Positions 31,001 through 40,700 of a stretch of DNA of 64,000 nt are shown in pieces (position 1 is the stretch's first letter; every line of letters begins with the position of its first letter). The notes beneath the pieces were generated by a model. It saw only the letters and a list, made by a program, of their open reading frames with translations. It ran no database searches and had not been told where the DNA came from. Position numbers and translations under genes: made by a program. This stretch comes from Candidatus Heimdallarchaeum endolithica (lineage in GTDB: Archaea; Asgardarchaeota; Heimdallarchaeia; Heimdallarchaeales; Heimdallarchaeaceae), in contig CP084167.1 of the NCBI GenBank assembly GCA_021513715.1, forward strand, positions 2,336,001 to 2,400,000, given 5' to 3'.

Positions 31001-34000
31001 AATATAATAGACAAGATAAACATAAAAGCTCATTTATCTCTCGATATAGGGGAAAGCTTAGAACAAGTTTCAATTTACAAGATATACGCAATAGATATTG
31101 AAAATAAAGAACATGTTTTATACTCATCCAATTATGATGAATACTATTTCAATTATACAAGCGATTTAAATTATGAAATAGACTTAAATGTTTCAGCAGA
31201 TTCAGCGTATTTCTACATAATAAAAGAATTTAAAGTAGAATTTAAAATAAAAACCTTTACAGCAAGTGCTCAAGATGTAGTAGAAATATGTTTTGCAGAG
31301 TTGAAAGTTATCACTGATGAATTTTTACCCTATGATGTCATCTATCCAAAGGATACATCACCACCTTCAATCGATCTTATTCCTGTCTCTCCTCTGAGTC
31401 TAGAAAATAACATTTGGACGTTTACATACTCCGCAGAAGATTATTCAGGATTGAAAAATAATCAGTTCCAATATCGTATAAAATATGATTGGGGAGGAAT
31501 AGATGATCAAGGTATAGTATATTCTAAATCCGATAGTTATTCAGAATACATGGTTTTTAATCTTGGAGATGAATTCAATATTTTTAGCCCTAGTCCTCAA
31601 ATTGAGGGGGATGTTACCTATTATGCAAAGCGACTATGGCTGGAAATTTATGCTGTGGATGGTTCAATATGGGAAAATGAATATTTCTATGAAAAAACAT
31701 GGCAGATAGATGATGGGATCAGTCCTTGGATAGAACAACAATTTAACTATCTTATTGTGCAAATGTACAATGATAATCAACTTATCTGGACAGAAGCGAA
31801 AGATATTGCTGGAGTAAATACAGTTGAACTCATAATAGAAAATATTGAAGATTTTCATCATAACATCTATCAAATCAATGATATTTACACCTTAAACAAA
31901 ATTAACAATAGATGGTATTTAGGAGATGATTTAACTCCATTTAGTTTTTACAAATATGGAGAAGAGAAAATCCTACCTTACAAAGTAAATTACTATTATA
32001 CCATTTATGCAGAAGATGGAAAAGTATGGGATTCAGAAATTTTTACTCTTCAATACCAGGATGGAATAACTCCAAACTACTATACTCACTCAATAGAGGC
32101 TTATACTGACGCAGAAGATGTGGTAATAGAGGTATGGACATATGATGAGATATTTACTAATGATGAACTTAATGTTTCAGCAGAATATTGTCAATCTATT
32201 TATGAAAATTTTGAGTGGATAAATAATGGCTCATTATATTATGAGAGTTTTAGTTTGCAAACGGATGGAGAAATTATTCATAATGGAGAAACGTACTATA
32301 GATATAAACTAGTTATTCCTCATGATAGAATTGAAGCAGGGTACGGAATAGTAGGAAAAATAATTGTTTCAGATCTAGCATCAACACCTAATGTTTTTAC
32401 TATTCCCATAGAAATACAATTGTATGACTCGAGAATAGTATTAGGAACACCTCATCTTACTCCTACTCCAGATCAAAATGGATACGTTCATTTTCTTTCT
32501 GATTTATCCCTATCAGTTATAATAATTGAATCGTATTATCCTACTCCTGTCGTATGGGCAGATGTATATGTCAATGACGTTTATTCTACTACATTGAATC
32601 TTGGAACAGGAGATTATGTTACATACGTTTATGGTTCATTTGATTATAACACCATAGGAGCAACACTACACGATGAAGTGAGATTAGAACTTCATGCTTC
32701 AGCAACTATTAACTCAGAAACAGTGAATGAAGAAGAAGTAAGAATAATAGATTTTGTCTACTGGGATCTTGTACCTCCTGAAATTACATATGTTTCGTCT
32801 ATTCCTGCAAGAATGAATCCTGCAGAATTCTCATTTAAGGTAAAAGAAGATATCAGAACGATTATCCCTGGATTAATTACAGTAGAATATTCTCTCTCCA
32901 ATCAAAATAATTGGAACCCGTGTGATGTGGAATATACAGAGTCGGTTGGAAATGGAGAGTGGTTAGTTAATGCTTCTTTTGACAGTTCAAGCATGTCAGC
33001 AGGAGAGATATACGATTTCAAAATAACAGTGACGGATTATTATAGTGTTACAAGTTTAACAGTTAGTCGAACATTAACAGATATTACAGCTCCTACAGTT
33101 TTATTTACTTCCCCTTCCACCCCAGGATACAGTCAAGATATTACTGTAGAAGCAGTTCTAGTAGATGATTCAGAAGTTGACATAGATAATGTGTATATTA
33201 ATTACAAGAACGAAAATGGAGAATGGATATATTCTACAGATTTTAGTATTGAACAAAAGATGAGTTATGATACGAATACTAACTCTTTCCACTTCACTTT
33301 GGAATCAGAAAATCATCAAGCTCCTTACTCTATGCTGATAAAAATATGGTGTCAAGATAAATATTCTAATGCCCATTGGTCAGAATTCACAATATCTCTG
33401 GAAGACGACACCCCACCACTAATTATGAATGATGAAGTGTTAGTGAATATAGATAACATCAACGCAATCACCGCGGTAGCAGATACTGAAATTGTCTTAA
33501 GGGCAAGAGATGCTTGGTCAGCAATAAGAGAAACAGAAGTTCAAGTATATAAAGAAGTAAGTGCTGATAGCTGGGAACTAATAGCTGTTATTCTTCTTTC
33601 TCCAGACAGTAGCAGAGACGAAGGAATATTTAAGGGATACTCTGGAATATTAAATAAAGAAACACTTGAGATAAACAATGTCGTAACAGGAACACGGTTG
33701 AAATTTATTCCGTGGGTTGTGGATGATAAAGAAAACGAAGCCGATACTTTTGAAATCGTAAAAAAAGTAGTTGAAGGAAAACCTGAAATAAACACCGTAA
33801 ACATGAACCCTTCACCTAGTTCATATCTACCTTATGATTCAACTGTAAATGTAGAAGTCAACACCACTTGTATTTATAGTGTAGAGGAAGTAAAATTAGA
33901 TATATACATAGATGATGTGTTGAAGATAACTGGTTACTCTTTCACTTTTGATTCTGGAACAAATACATGGAAAACGGTTTTACCGGACTTAAGCCAATAT

Positions 34001-37000
34001 GCAAGAAAAAATGTCAAATTGATGATTTATTCATATACAACTCCACCAGGAGAAAATAGTCTTTCTTCTTCTCCAGAAATCATAGAATATTATCTGAAAG
34101 ACGTCTATGCTCCAGTTTATCTTGAAAATAACATCCCCTTACTTTTTGCTGAACAATGCAATAATAAAGTATGGTTTGCTGTTTATGAAGATATAACGAT
34201 ATTAGCAGAAACAAACATTGCTGTAAAATTCAAAAAACATGGTATTATATCCACATATTATGCTACAATTGATAGTATAACAAACTATTATGATGGAGAC
34301 AGCAAAAAATACAAAATAGAGGTTACTTTAGATGATTTAATCAATTTTAGTGCAGGAGAAAATATAGATATAATTCTTGAAGTAACAGATGATGAAGGAA
34401 ACCTTTTATCTCAGACTTTTGATGGCAGTTATGGTACGGGAATAACACTTATAGAATCTGACCCTCCAACTATAGCTGTAGAATCTTCTTTTAGTTCTTC
34501 TCAAGAAGCAGGGGTGGATTATGAAATAGGGTATAACGAAGATTTGATATTTGATTTTAGTTTAAATGACGTCTCTGGTGTAGACGTGGGAAGTGTATCT
34601 TACAGTTATACAATTATTGATCCTTCTTCTTCATTTTCTCCCTCTGGAATAAATCCTTTTTCTTTTACAATAGGCACTACAAATTATGATTACAATGCGT
34701 TAATTACAATAAACATTAATGCACAAGATATTCATGGTTTTGGCTCCTCTTTTCTATATCGCTTTAGAACAATAGATAATGTTCTTCCTTCGGATATTGT
34801 TTTTACAAGTGGATTAAGTTCTACGATAGAAGTAGATTCACCCTATTCCTTTAGTTTTAGAGGAATAGATGAAATATCTACCAATCAGAACATGGAATGT
34901 AAGTATCGTTTGTCTTACGATGGGGGTTCAACTTGGACAAGTTACACCGTCTTAGAAGCTTCTTCTTATGACTCTGCTAATGATGCGTGGGATGTGACAA
35001 TAGGAGCTTATTCTGATTTGAGAACAGTAACTGTGGAAGTAGTTGTTACTGACCAAAGTTCTAATAGCAGAAGCGAAACTTTCTCATATACAGTTATAGA
35101 TACTTTAGTTCCTGATATTACATGGAATAATGCCCCCACGAGTTATGGTGATAACTCTGATTTGTGGGTTAGTGCATTTATCACTGACAATATAGCTGTA
35201 GATGAGAGTAGTATAGATTTTTATTATGTTAAACAAGGAGATTCTACAGTTTATCATTTAAGTTATGAAACAGATCCTTTACTTACAACTCTCTTTAAAG
35301 CAAAAATACCTAACAGTGCTCTATCATGGCAAGATGTTGTTACTTATTATGTTTATACGGAAGATAGTTCTGGTAATAGTTTAGAGATTTCTAAAACCGT
35401 GACAATAAATATTGATGAAAAAAAACCTATTATAAATTATTATGATTATGGAGCTGAAAACACATTTTACTATTATGACTATTCAGTTGATGTTATAAAA
35501 GATTCTTGGGATTTCGAAGATGATACTGATGGCTGGGCAGATGCAGGGATATATTCTAGTCAACGGTATGTGAATGAATATGGAAATTTGATTGTGAGAG
35601 TAGACTCTGGAACAAGATACTATTTTGGAACTTATTATTATGAATATACTCACCCTATCAACATGGTGGATACTTCTTATCGTGTTTTCCGAATATCTTG
35701 GCGTGTGAGTCATGTTCCCTCTGGGGCAAGTGTAAGGATGTGTGTGGGTGTTAGTTCTTCTGGTAGTGGAGAAAATTTCTGGAATCATGATACGTGGAGA
35801 TACTCTTCATGGTATTCAGATACAAACTGGCATACAAGTATTATCTACTTTGATTCTTTTGATTCTTCAACTGACGGGAGAAACATACAAAAAATACGTT
35901 TACACGTTGCTTCTAGTTCCAGTAGCGCAACTTTCACTCCAAGTACTGACTATTGGGCTTGTCAATATATCAACCTTTACGCACATGAAAATAAACCCTC
36001 CTTTGATAGAAGTGGAGCAATATATGTCACAGTAGACGATAACACTGATTTGTCTTCAGTGAAAGCGTATGTCAAACGTAGTGATCAGTCTACTTGGCAA
36101 GGAGGGTGGACTTTAACAAATTACATGACAAATAGATGGTATATTTACGCTAATGAGATGTTTTTTATATGGTATTCTTCTTCAAGTTGTTATGATATCA
36201 AAGTAGTTGCCACTGATAGCAACTCTAACACTGAAACAGTCACTTTTACTCAAAAAATACAATCTTTGGATATGAAATGGCCATCTATCACCAGTATCAC
36301 GTCTGATGATTATAATATCTACAATGACGAATGTTGTTATATTACTGTCAACACTTACGACCCTGGCGATCCTTGGAATGGCGATAAAGGGGCGTCAAGG
36401 ATATATTATTCTAATAATGTCGACTTTTATTATAAAGCTTCCAGTCAGTCCTATTGGACACTCTTCTCAACCAACTATTTCTCTGAAAGTGGAAAGTATG
36501 CAAATGCAAAATTCTCCGCTGCAAGTTCTTTTCCTGATCAAGATATACAGTTTAAGGCAATAGTTACTGACAGAGCAGGAAACTCTATAACTAGCAGTAT
36601 TATTACCATCCATGTAACTAAACGTCACAATGCTCCTGTAGTTGTCAGTAGATGGGACTCAGGATATGATAATACTAAAGTTAACGATTATTTTTATGCT
36701 CGCGCACATATTACTTGTGATAGTGATGACATTTCTTCTGTTGATATACGTTATGGTCCTTCAACCTCTTCATATACAACTTTGTCAGGAGGAGCTTCAA
36801 AATATTCAGGTAATTTAAGAGATGGCTACTGGCAGAAAGGTCTTTATGGCGGTGATACAATAGGAGAAAGAGTTTACTTCAGTTTTAGAGCAAAAAGTGT
36901 TGCAGGAGTAACAGGTAGTTGGAGTAGCTGGGACTATGTAGAATATAAGGGAATTTTGTTCTCTCAAGAACTTTATTCGGTAGACGATATAATCTATAAA

Positions 37001-37729
37001 AAACAAGATAATCGCTTATATGTTATCTTCCGTAATTCTTTCTCATCAGAAAACTATTCCGTTTACCTCAATTTATATGTTGAAAATTATTCTTTACCTC
37101 TGTCTCTTCTCCATGAAAATGATGAAGAGAGAAATGTTTATTCTGTTTATATCAAAAATGTAATAGATAAATACCAATTAGAATTGTTAACTTATTCAGT
37201 TTCTATCAGAGACTATTTCAAAGTTCTTTATACCTCTCGCAATTTCACTCTTTCTGTAGGCGACGTTTCCCCTCCTGTAATAGAAGAAATAAAAGTTAAC
37301 TCTTTTTACAAATACGGTACTCCAATTACAATCACATCTGTTGTCTCTGATAAACATATGGATAAAATAGAAGTAGAATTACTTGATCTTGATGAAAACA
37401 ACGAATGGCGCGTCTATGAAAAATTATCTATGAAAGATACCTTTTCTTACTATTTTGTGAAATTTGAAGCCCTACATATTCCTGGATATTACATAAGAGT
37501 TAAAGCTTCTGATAAGTCGTTTAATGTAGCTTATAGTGAAATTCTACGAGTGCATGTAGGAGAAAAAGAAAATAAAAACACTCAATCTTATTTTAATCAA
37601 GCCTTAATTTTATCATTCAGCTTGTTTATTGGCTCGTTGACTTTTATTCGTAAACGAACCTTTTTAAAAACAAAATTTTACTCTCTGAAATTTTTCAAAA
37701 TAATAAATAAACAGTTTAGGAGGAAATAA
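25052..37729 (+). CDS. Giant 4225-aa cell-surface protein with ~20 Ig-like modules, N-terminal signal/TM and C-terminal TM anchor
   Basis: Uninterrupted 12.7-kb ORF; recurring D-x-x-(P/A)-P-x-I motifs (DQSPPSI, DGKPPTF, DTSPPSI, DLVPPEI, DITAPTV, DDTPPLI, DVSPPVI); ALILSFSLFIGSLTFI plus basic tail. Confidence 0.9.
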   Translation: MEKIKIKKKLTIYSILIILLFSNLSGLNFKFLQAENGDQSPPSILRVTQFPEIPTQFDGVVVYVEVEDETGFSSIYLMYERNNNLTSIPMKYLPNYYGNGTCFYASLPSFSAGTRITYFIEVTDSSENQNIAHSLKYDYVVVSDGIPKIKLLNEPKFLYSEEEYTFQFTIYDEDNISLQDTGIDPPLLYYRTERVEGTQQVVYNSTSEVFESVLPSVSLLDGEIKEGEKIEVWVGAYDKSPAHQYGESQHLQLPVINEKPYIYGVDRYPYIPLYNESFNLTTTIYYRENIGMNITQVSATINRYDEVTQKITKQSYILTQSEYSKFVFTGIIEPIGYIDNIELKINCKYTSDYQIEEAEVEKQEKSFSVRDCEAPAILESGFSSGVTTLKEGEEVKVYANVLDRLNTKDVTAIVTEEYKSGLQLIRSSKEYFQKLSYYGDDGISFIQQMSIDQSISGDFYFDGLVLKEEYVSKVRKEAASETLSIYAVEGKNELFIKIINPEGFLPLNYNQLVIQARAIGQDILLAGVYADLGETVIWNETVGNYVYDNVLPIDKFFSTDEYGTACLYNLQNIEDITNSIWLKFVPADGGNFSSSDGLSIDNIRLFSINTLNGERIDCYHQEINHDFVEYYGYYQAKKVDQLITFYIQASDGINIQTQNNEETIIVTDGKPPTFAINQISGVDIEDTELKFSMAITDYSIIDPTDALNVCFHYKINGLEEIIVNLTVANNWDEKGKVWVYNFNNTTILNFNDMWEYWFSAEDPCGNRGESKHYSFVVEENSAPTISLTCQTVTYNGEEKTVVEPAGAEIGISGEYLDINMDITENEGGSGIKLIQLYWYTSSHESNCWSSEVYSFMSVYSITDLTVAEKMIHNFDKVGILYYYAQVIDHAGNIYQTPEYQVQLIDNVKPIIKINSEYNSPNGLYNVDNSYGDISYNEDAYITLEIEDASTITNLILEAETSQGTFAGEVIWDEYYHDWTLQHYQIKVNKAWEVGENINLKITAVDSFGNALNNFLLGTEYIIDKLPPVLLSYSDNNPELGGGEITISYQVKDIGSVVAYLYYNFNSSVETPSTENATLSDFQVAVMELESIDDTKYAPYIEWSFTKTLSLPLEILYPAVSIYFVALDEYNNSLTCIGGKAYSLPNFDIETSIYTPKIESYKKLADKFGDFREYPRDNVDKRWVGETETTIISYDFSVEENFSINYAHPYGDRFAKSVLEFYTRGCQNSYYALGEPDGNMAEVGEYIRLDMEYEGKILSKPGDGEDFKVYGGAGQYQVILIKNALSPLPAYYHLGTGTGITSWDLEAVGLDEVRYIEIWNENTDNSPVYIDAIEAIHCDGDSFTGQEWQNAEENNGIPANIVDKQLSMYYHGYNGNNEILETTVNPEFYDYLYIPLWMNTYLPQIKLSINFVQQAYSVDLFAVDNIAKDSLMQNGNYVHLGKIDGSGVYYFACSYPNRYTGVLFKIRHSWERITSELVQMYNYEFTLDYIKLFGIFYRIEELSGPNYSEFEKMYEKNSGSNPDPLFLQMENYNGENQKSASIDNIHEEIWADAINELEIFGGTKGEWFYLAIDRASEQPNNPIVTDVQVVYVDGERLYWKNAYNNQKRIALIFDTLEFYETYGVSNYFYIMSNATIEGKGFTAYYYSFYSNNELLEGFNYEGIPQADFRTGDALNPTLEDTSYDSPWWNNPLDFTSLNSDKHGCIVVQIQENQSGNIDYLNFEGYYSFLLDDLYLGGEELHTHRIGYLPIHIEGFSYYSGIMDGFYITDDIKPKLRLQTSIANLYSHPLELSYVLPLEFIDYGEGWLPREIKDYDTSYLDNERYRWLEVEFHNKIQYAITELNNDSCTLFQKVFDTQSNEIYFEESYTHYKSKNIDNELTKSFSHIIPESEAIFPSSYQDFTYKSSLNYVGNISSSDYVEVDSPEIKIGNTKKEDSNINEQYERAKDEYRFYYFLPYESDTNSIAFVNISSKTIRFDDEACTPSNIIDKINIKAHLSLDIGESLEQVSIYKIYAIDIENKEHVLYSSNYDEYYFNYTSDLNYEIDLNVSADSAYFYIIKEFKVEFKIKTFTASAQDVVEICFAELKVITDEFLPYDVIYPKDTSPPSIDLIPVSPLSLENNIWTFTYSAEDYSGLKNNQFQYRIKYDWGGIDDQGIVYSKSDSYSEYMVFNLGDEFNIFSPSPQIEGDVTYYAKRLWLEIYAVDGSIWENEYFYEKTWQIDDGISPWIEQQFNYLIVQMYNDNQLIWTEAKDIAGVNTVELIIENIEDFHHNIYQINDIYTLNKINNRWYLGDDLTPFSFYKYGEEKILPYKVNYYYTIYAEDGKVWDSEIFTLQYQDGITPNYYTHSIEAYTDAEDVVIEVWTYDEIFTNDELNVSAEYCQSIYENFEWINNGSLYYESFSLQTDGEIIHNGETYYRYKLVIPHDRIEAGYGIVGKIIVSDLASTPNVFTIPIEIQLYDSRIVLGTPHLTPTPDQNGYVHFLSDLSLSVIIIESYYPTPVVWADVYVNDVYSTTLNLGTGDYVTYVYGSFDYNTIGATLHDEVRLELHASATINSETVNEEEVRIIDFVYWDLVPPEITYVSSIPARMNPAEFSFKVKEDIRTIIPGLITVEYSLSNQNNWNPCDVEYTESVGNGEWLVNASFDSSSMSAGEIYDFKITVTDYYSVTSLTVSRTLTDITAPTVLFTSPSTPGYSQDITVEAVLVDDSEVDIDNVYINYKNENGEWIYSTDFSIEQKMSYDTNTNSFHFTLESENHQAPYSMLIKIWCQDKYSNAHWSEFTISLEDDTPPLIMNDEVLVNIDNINAITAVADTEIVLRARDAWSAIRETEVQVYKEVSADSWELIAVILLSPDSSRDEGIFKGYSGILNKETLEINNVVTGTRLKFIPWVVDDKENEADTFEIVKKVVEGKPEINTVNMNPSPSSYLPYDSTVNVEVNTTCIYSVEEVKLDIYIDDVLKITGYSFTFDSGTNTWKTVLPDLSQYARKNVKLMIYSYTTPPGENSLSSSPEIIEYYLKDVYAPVYLENNIPLLFAEQCNNKVWFAVYEDITILAETNIAVKFKKHGIISTYYATIDSITNYYDGDSKKYKIEVTLDDLINFSAGENIDIILEVTDDEGNLLSQTFDGSYGTGITLIESDPPTIAVESSFSSSQEAGVDYEIGYNEDLIFDFSLNDVSGVDVGSVSYSYTIIDPSSSFSPSGINPFSFTIGTTNYDYNALITININAQDIHGFGSSFLYRFRTIDNVLPSDIVFTSGLSSTIEVDSPYSFSFRGIDEISTNQNMECKYRLSYDGGSTWTSYTVLEASSYDSANDAWDVTIGAYSDLRTVTVEVVVTDQSSNSRSETFSYTVIDTLVPDITWNNAPTSYGDNSDLWVSAFITDNIAVDESSIDFYYVKQGDSTVYHLSYETDPLLTTLFKAKIPNSALSWQDVVTYYVYTEDSSGNSLEISKTVTINIDEKKPIINYYDYGAENTFYYYDYSVDVIKDSWDFEDDTDGWADAGIYSSQRYVNEYGNLIVRVDSGTRYYFGTYYYEYTHPINMVDTSYRVFRISWRVSHVPSGASVRMCVGVSSSGSGENFWNHDTWRYSSWYSDTNWHTSIIYFDSFDSSTDGRNIQKIRLHVASSSSSATFTPSTDYWACQYINLYAHENKPSFDRSGAIYVTVDDNTDLSSVKAYVKRSDQSTWQGGWTLTNYMTNRWYIYANEMFFIWYSSSSCYDIKVVATDSNSNTETVTFTQKIQSLDMKWPSITSITSDDYNIYNDECCYITVNTYDPGDPWNGDKGASRIYYSNNVDFYYKASSQSYWTLFSTNYFSESGKYANAKFSAASSFPDQDIQFKAIVTDRAGNSITSSIITIHVTKRHNAPVVVSRWDSGYDNTKVNDYFYARAHITCDSDDISSVDIRYGPSTSSYTTLSGGASKYSGNLRDGYWQKGLYGGDTIGERVYFSFRAKSVAGVTGSWSSWDYVEYKGILFSQELYSVDDIIYKKQDNRLYVIFRNSFSSENYSVYLNLYVENYSLPLSLLHENDEERNVYSVYIKNVIDKYQLELLTYSVSIRDYFKVLYTSRNFTLSVGDVSPPVIEEIKVNSFYKYGTPITITSVVSDKHMDKIEVELLDLDENNEWRVYEKLSMKDTFSYYFVKFEALHIPGYYIRVKASDKSFNVAYSEILRVHVGEKENKNTQSYFNQALILSFSLFIGSLTFIRKRTFLKTKFYSLKFFKIINKQFRRK
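37718..37723 (+). promoter_or_regulatory. Shine-Dalgarno-like AGGAGG for giant gene 2, embedded in the last codons of giant gene 1
   Basis: AGGAGG 8 nt before ATG 37732; the two genes are separated by 2 nt. Confidence 0.65.
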
Positions 37730-37731
37730 AA

Positions 37732-40700
37732 ATGCAAAAAATCAAATCTAAAATGAATACTTTTCTAGGCAAATTGAATAAACGTAGTCTTGTTATTACA
37801 GGAGTAGCGTTATTTATTTCAGTAATTGTTATCCTTCAGAGTTTCTCTATTGCTCTCTATCCTCAATCATCAGACGATGATAGCTATACCTTTTTCTACT
37901 CTGACTTTTCAGATAAAGAAGAGTGGAAAGGAGTTTATCGCTTATCTTGGGGGTCTATAATTGTAGATAGTAATTTTAATGCTATGAGTAAAAAAATAGA
38001 CCTTTATTGGTATGGTATGCAACAGTTGTTCTTAGAAGTGAAAGGAATAGATAGTTTAAAACTTGATTCTTCTTCAGCAATACAAGTTATAGACGCTGAT
38101 ACTTCTCGCATCTTATATGAACTTCGAGGATCTCAACTTTCTTCATTTAATGTCTCTGTAGACTTGTCCGCATACGTGTATGAAGACACTTCAGCGCTAT
38201 ATATCAATATTATTGGAAGCATAAAAATTATTGATTATATAAGAATTTTTACTCCTAAACTGTATTATCATAATTTTCTTAACGATGGAAAAACTTTTCC
38301 GAATGCTTATCACGAATTTAATCAGTTATATATTGATTATTTAGCCTACACAGAAGAAGTGACCTATGAAACTCCAGTTATCAAAGTTCCAGAAGGTAAT
38401 AACGTTAATCTTACTTTCGCTTTTAATTTAGTCCCATCGCTTACTTCTAATTATTCTATGTTTGCTCATATTTATGCCGATATATATGGATTAGGAGGTT
38501 TTGGTGAAGTAGAACAGCGAATAGAATTAGGATACAGTTATACAAATATGAGTTTTGGAGCAGACTATGTCTCTCTTATTGATAAAGAAATAACACTTTT
38601 AGGAAACTACTATGTAAGATTTTACTTAAATTTTGATTGTTTTGAAACAAATGAGGAAGACATACAAATAAAATTAATTGCTTTTTTCATTCAACCTCAC
38701 AATAACGTTGAAGCGCAGTCTGAATATGTCGACCCTGCACTTTATATTCGCAAATCTCCCAATGCTTATATCTCTGAACAAGTAGTAGAAGGAAGGGTAT
38801 TTAATGCTCTTACCGTTGATAGACAAGGATACATTGCTACATATAAGATCTCACATATGGATACGATATTTTATGATAAATTAGATCCAAGCACTATTGA
38901 AGAAAATTATACAATAGGTAACCCTGATACCTTAGTATATGATTTCGACAGTTCTAAGAATCTGAGATTAAACTCCTCAGGTTACCTTTATTCCTCTGAG
39001 TCTATTGGTAGTGATTTCTCTGTTTCTACTTCTTTTAATCTTAATAGTTTAGCAAGTAACCGTATTTTTGCAGGTATAGGTATTTATGGCACACATTCTT
39101 ACGAATTTGCTGTAGGGAATATGACTCTTTATGAAGAAACTTATGTTGATGAAGAGACAACCACAGTGAAAGTAAAAGAGGTTTATCAAGCTTATTTACA
39201 TGTCTACAAAGACAATTTATTAATTCGCTCTTATGCTCTCAATCAGACTTTTGGAGAAGGACAAGTTATTTCTCTTTCCCTTTCCTCTAAATTTGGTTAT
39301 AAAGCTTATAGTGTTCAAATTAATTATGAAGAAATAGTTATTTCTCTTCCCGAGATTATAGCGATAGGAGGAAAACCAGGTATATTTGCTAAAATTCCTC
39401 AACCTAGCCCTGATAACTTTGTTTCCTTTTACTACTTATCCGCAAGTGGTATAACAGAATATAGTCCCCGTCGTTTATTGATTTATAGTAAAACTCAACA
39501 ATATGTTACTGTTGTACTTAAAGCTACAAGAATCAATCCTTTGAGTTTTTCTTCGGAAAAAGTAGTTATAGACGAAAAGAAGTTATCTCAAAACAAAGAA
39601 GGTATACTTTATTTTTCTTATATTCCTAAACCTTTTGAGTATATTCATTTAGAAGTGTATTGTACTAATCCTGATGAAGAGCTAACTAGTTCATTTAGTA
39701 TTTTGGCTATGAAATTCTCAGGAATACACGAATATAATACAATTATCCCCTCTTATGATTACTATGATATATCTGATTCTGTCTATTTCGAGAAACGTAA
39801 TCTTATTTCTGAAGACCTTTCTGATAATTTTATTGCCTCTTATGACGCAATAGTAGAAGAAAGGTATAGTTTATTGGAGATAGGTGCTGAAGCACAAGAC
39901 TCTCTTCCCGATACCCAAATAGATATTTATACTCGAAAATTAAATAGTGGGCTTCCTTTCACCTTCCAAGGAACAGTTTACTGGACTGAACATGAAAGTG
40001 GAAGTTTCTTTTCTCATGTTCTTTATCTTGATCTTTCACCCGGAAATTATGAGATAAGATTAGAACGACCTTTAATTTTTACAAGTAAATTAAATATTAG
40101 TTACCTTCTTCTTCGACCTTTGACCTCTTATGCTAATGCTGTAACTGATTCAGTAGGTTTTACCAACCCTTTATCTTGGGAAAAAGATTTTACCACTGAT
40201 AAAATTGATGCATTCAATGGTATAGACCAGTTTATAGAAGAGAGTTATTACTCTTTAGTTCATCCCAGTTGTTATATGAAAGACGATGGAAATGGGAACT
40301 ATGAACAATATACTGATTGGACGCCTTCTACAGATGATACACAGATATGGTCAGTAGAAGATAACCTTGCTTCCTTTGTAGGAGGAGTAAAACTTGATAT
40401 TCCTGATGTTTCCACGGGTTCTGAAGGCTATCCCTATTTGCGTTTTGTTGCTAGAACGTACTCAAACTATACAATAGACTTAAAATTAACTTTAACTTAC
40501 TCAGATGGAAGCACAAACGAGTACTATTATTCTGTTTCTCAAGAACCAAAAGTATACTTTTTCAATTTTGATTATACTGATAGTCCTAAAATTTTATCAG
40601 GAATAGAATTTTTCACCAACTATATCCTTTATAACGATAAGGACGAGTCTGTTATCGTTTCCGATATTCATCTTTATCGCTTTACTAACATAGAAGTCAA

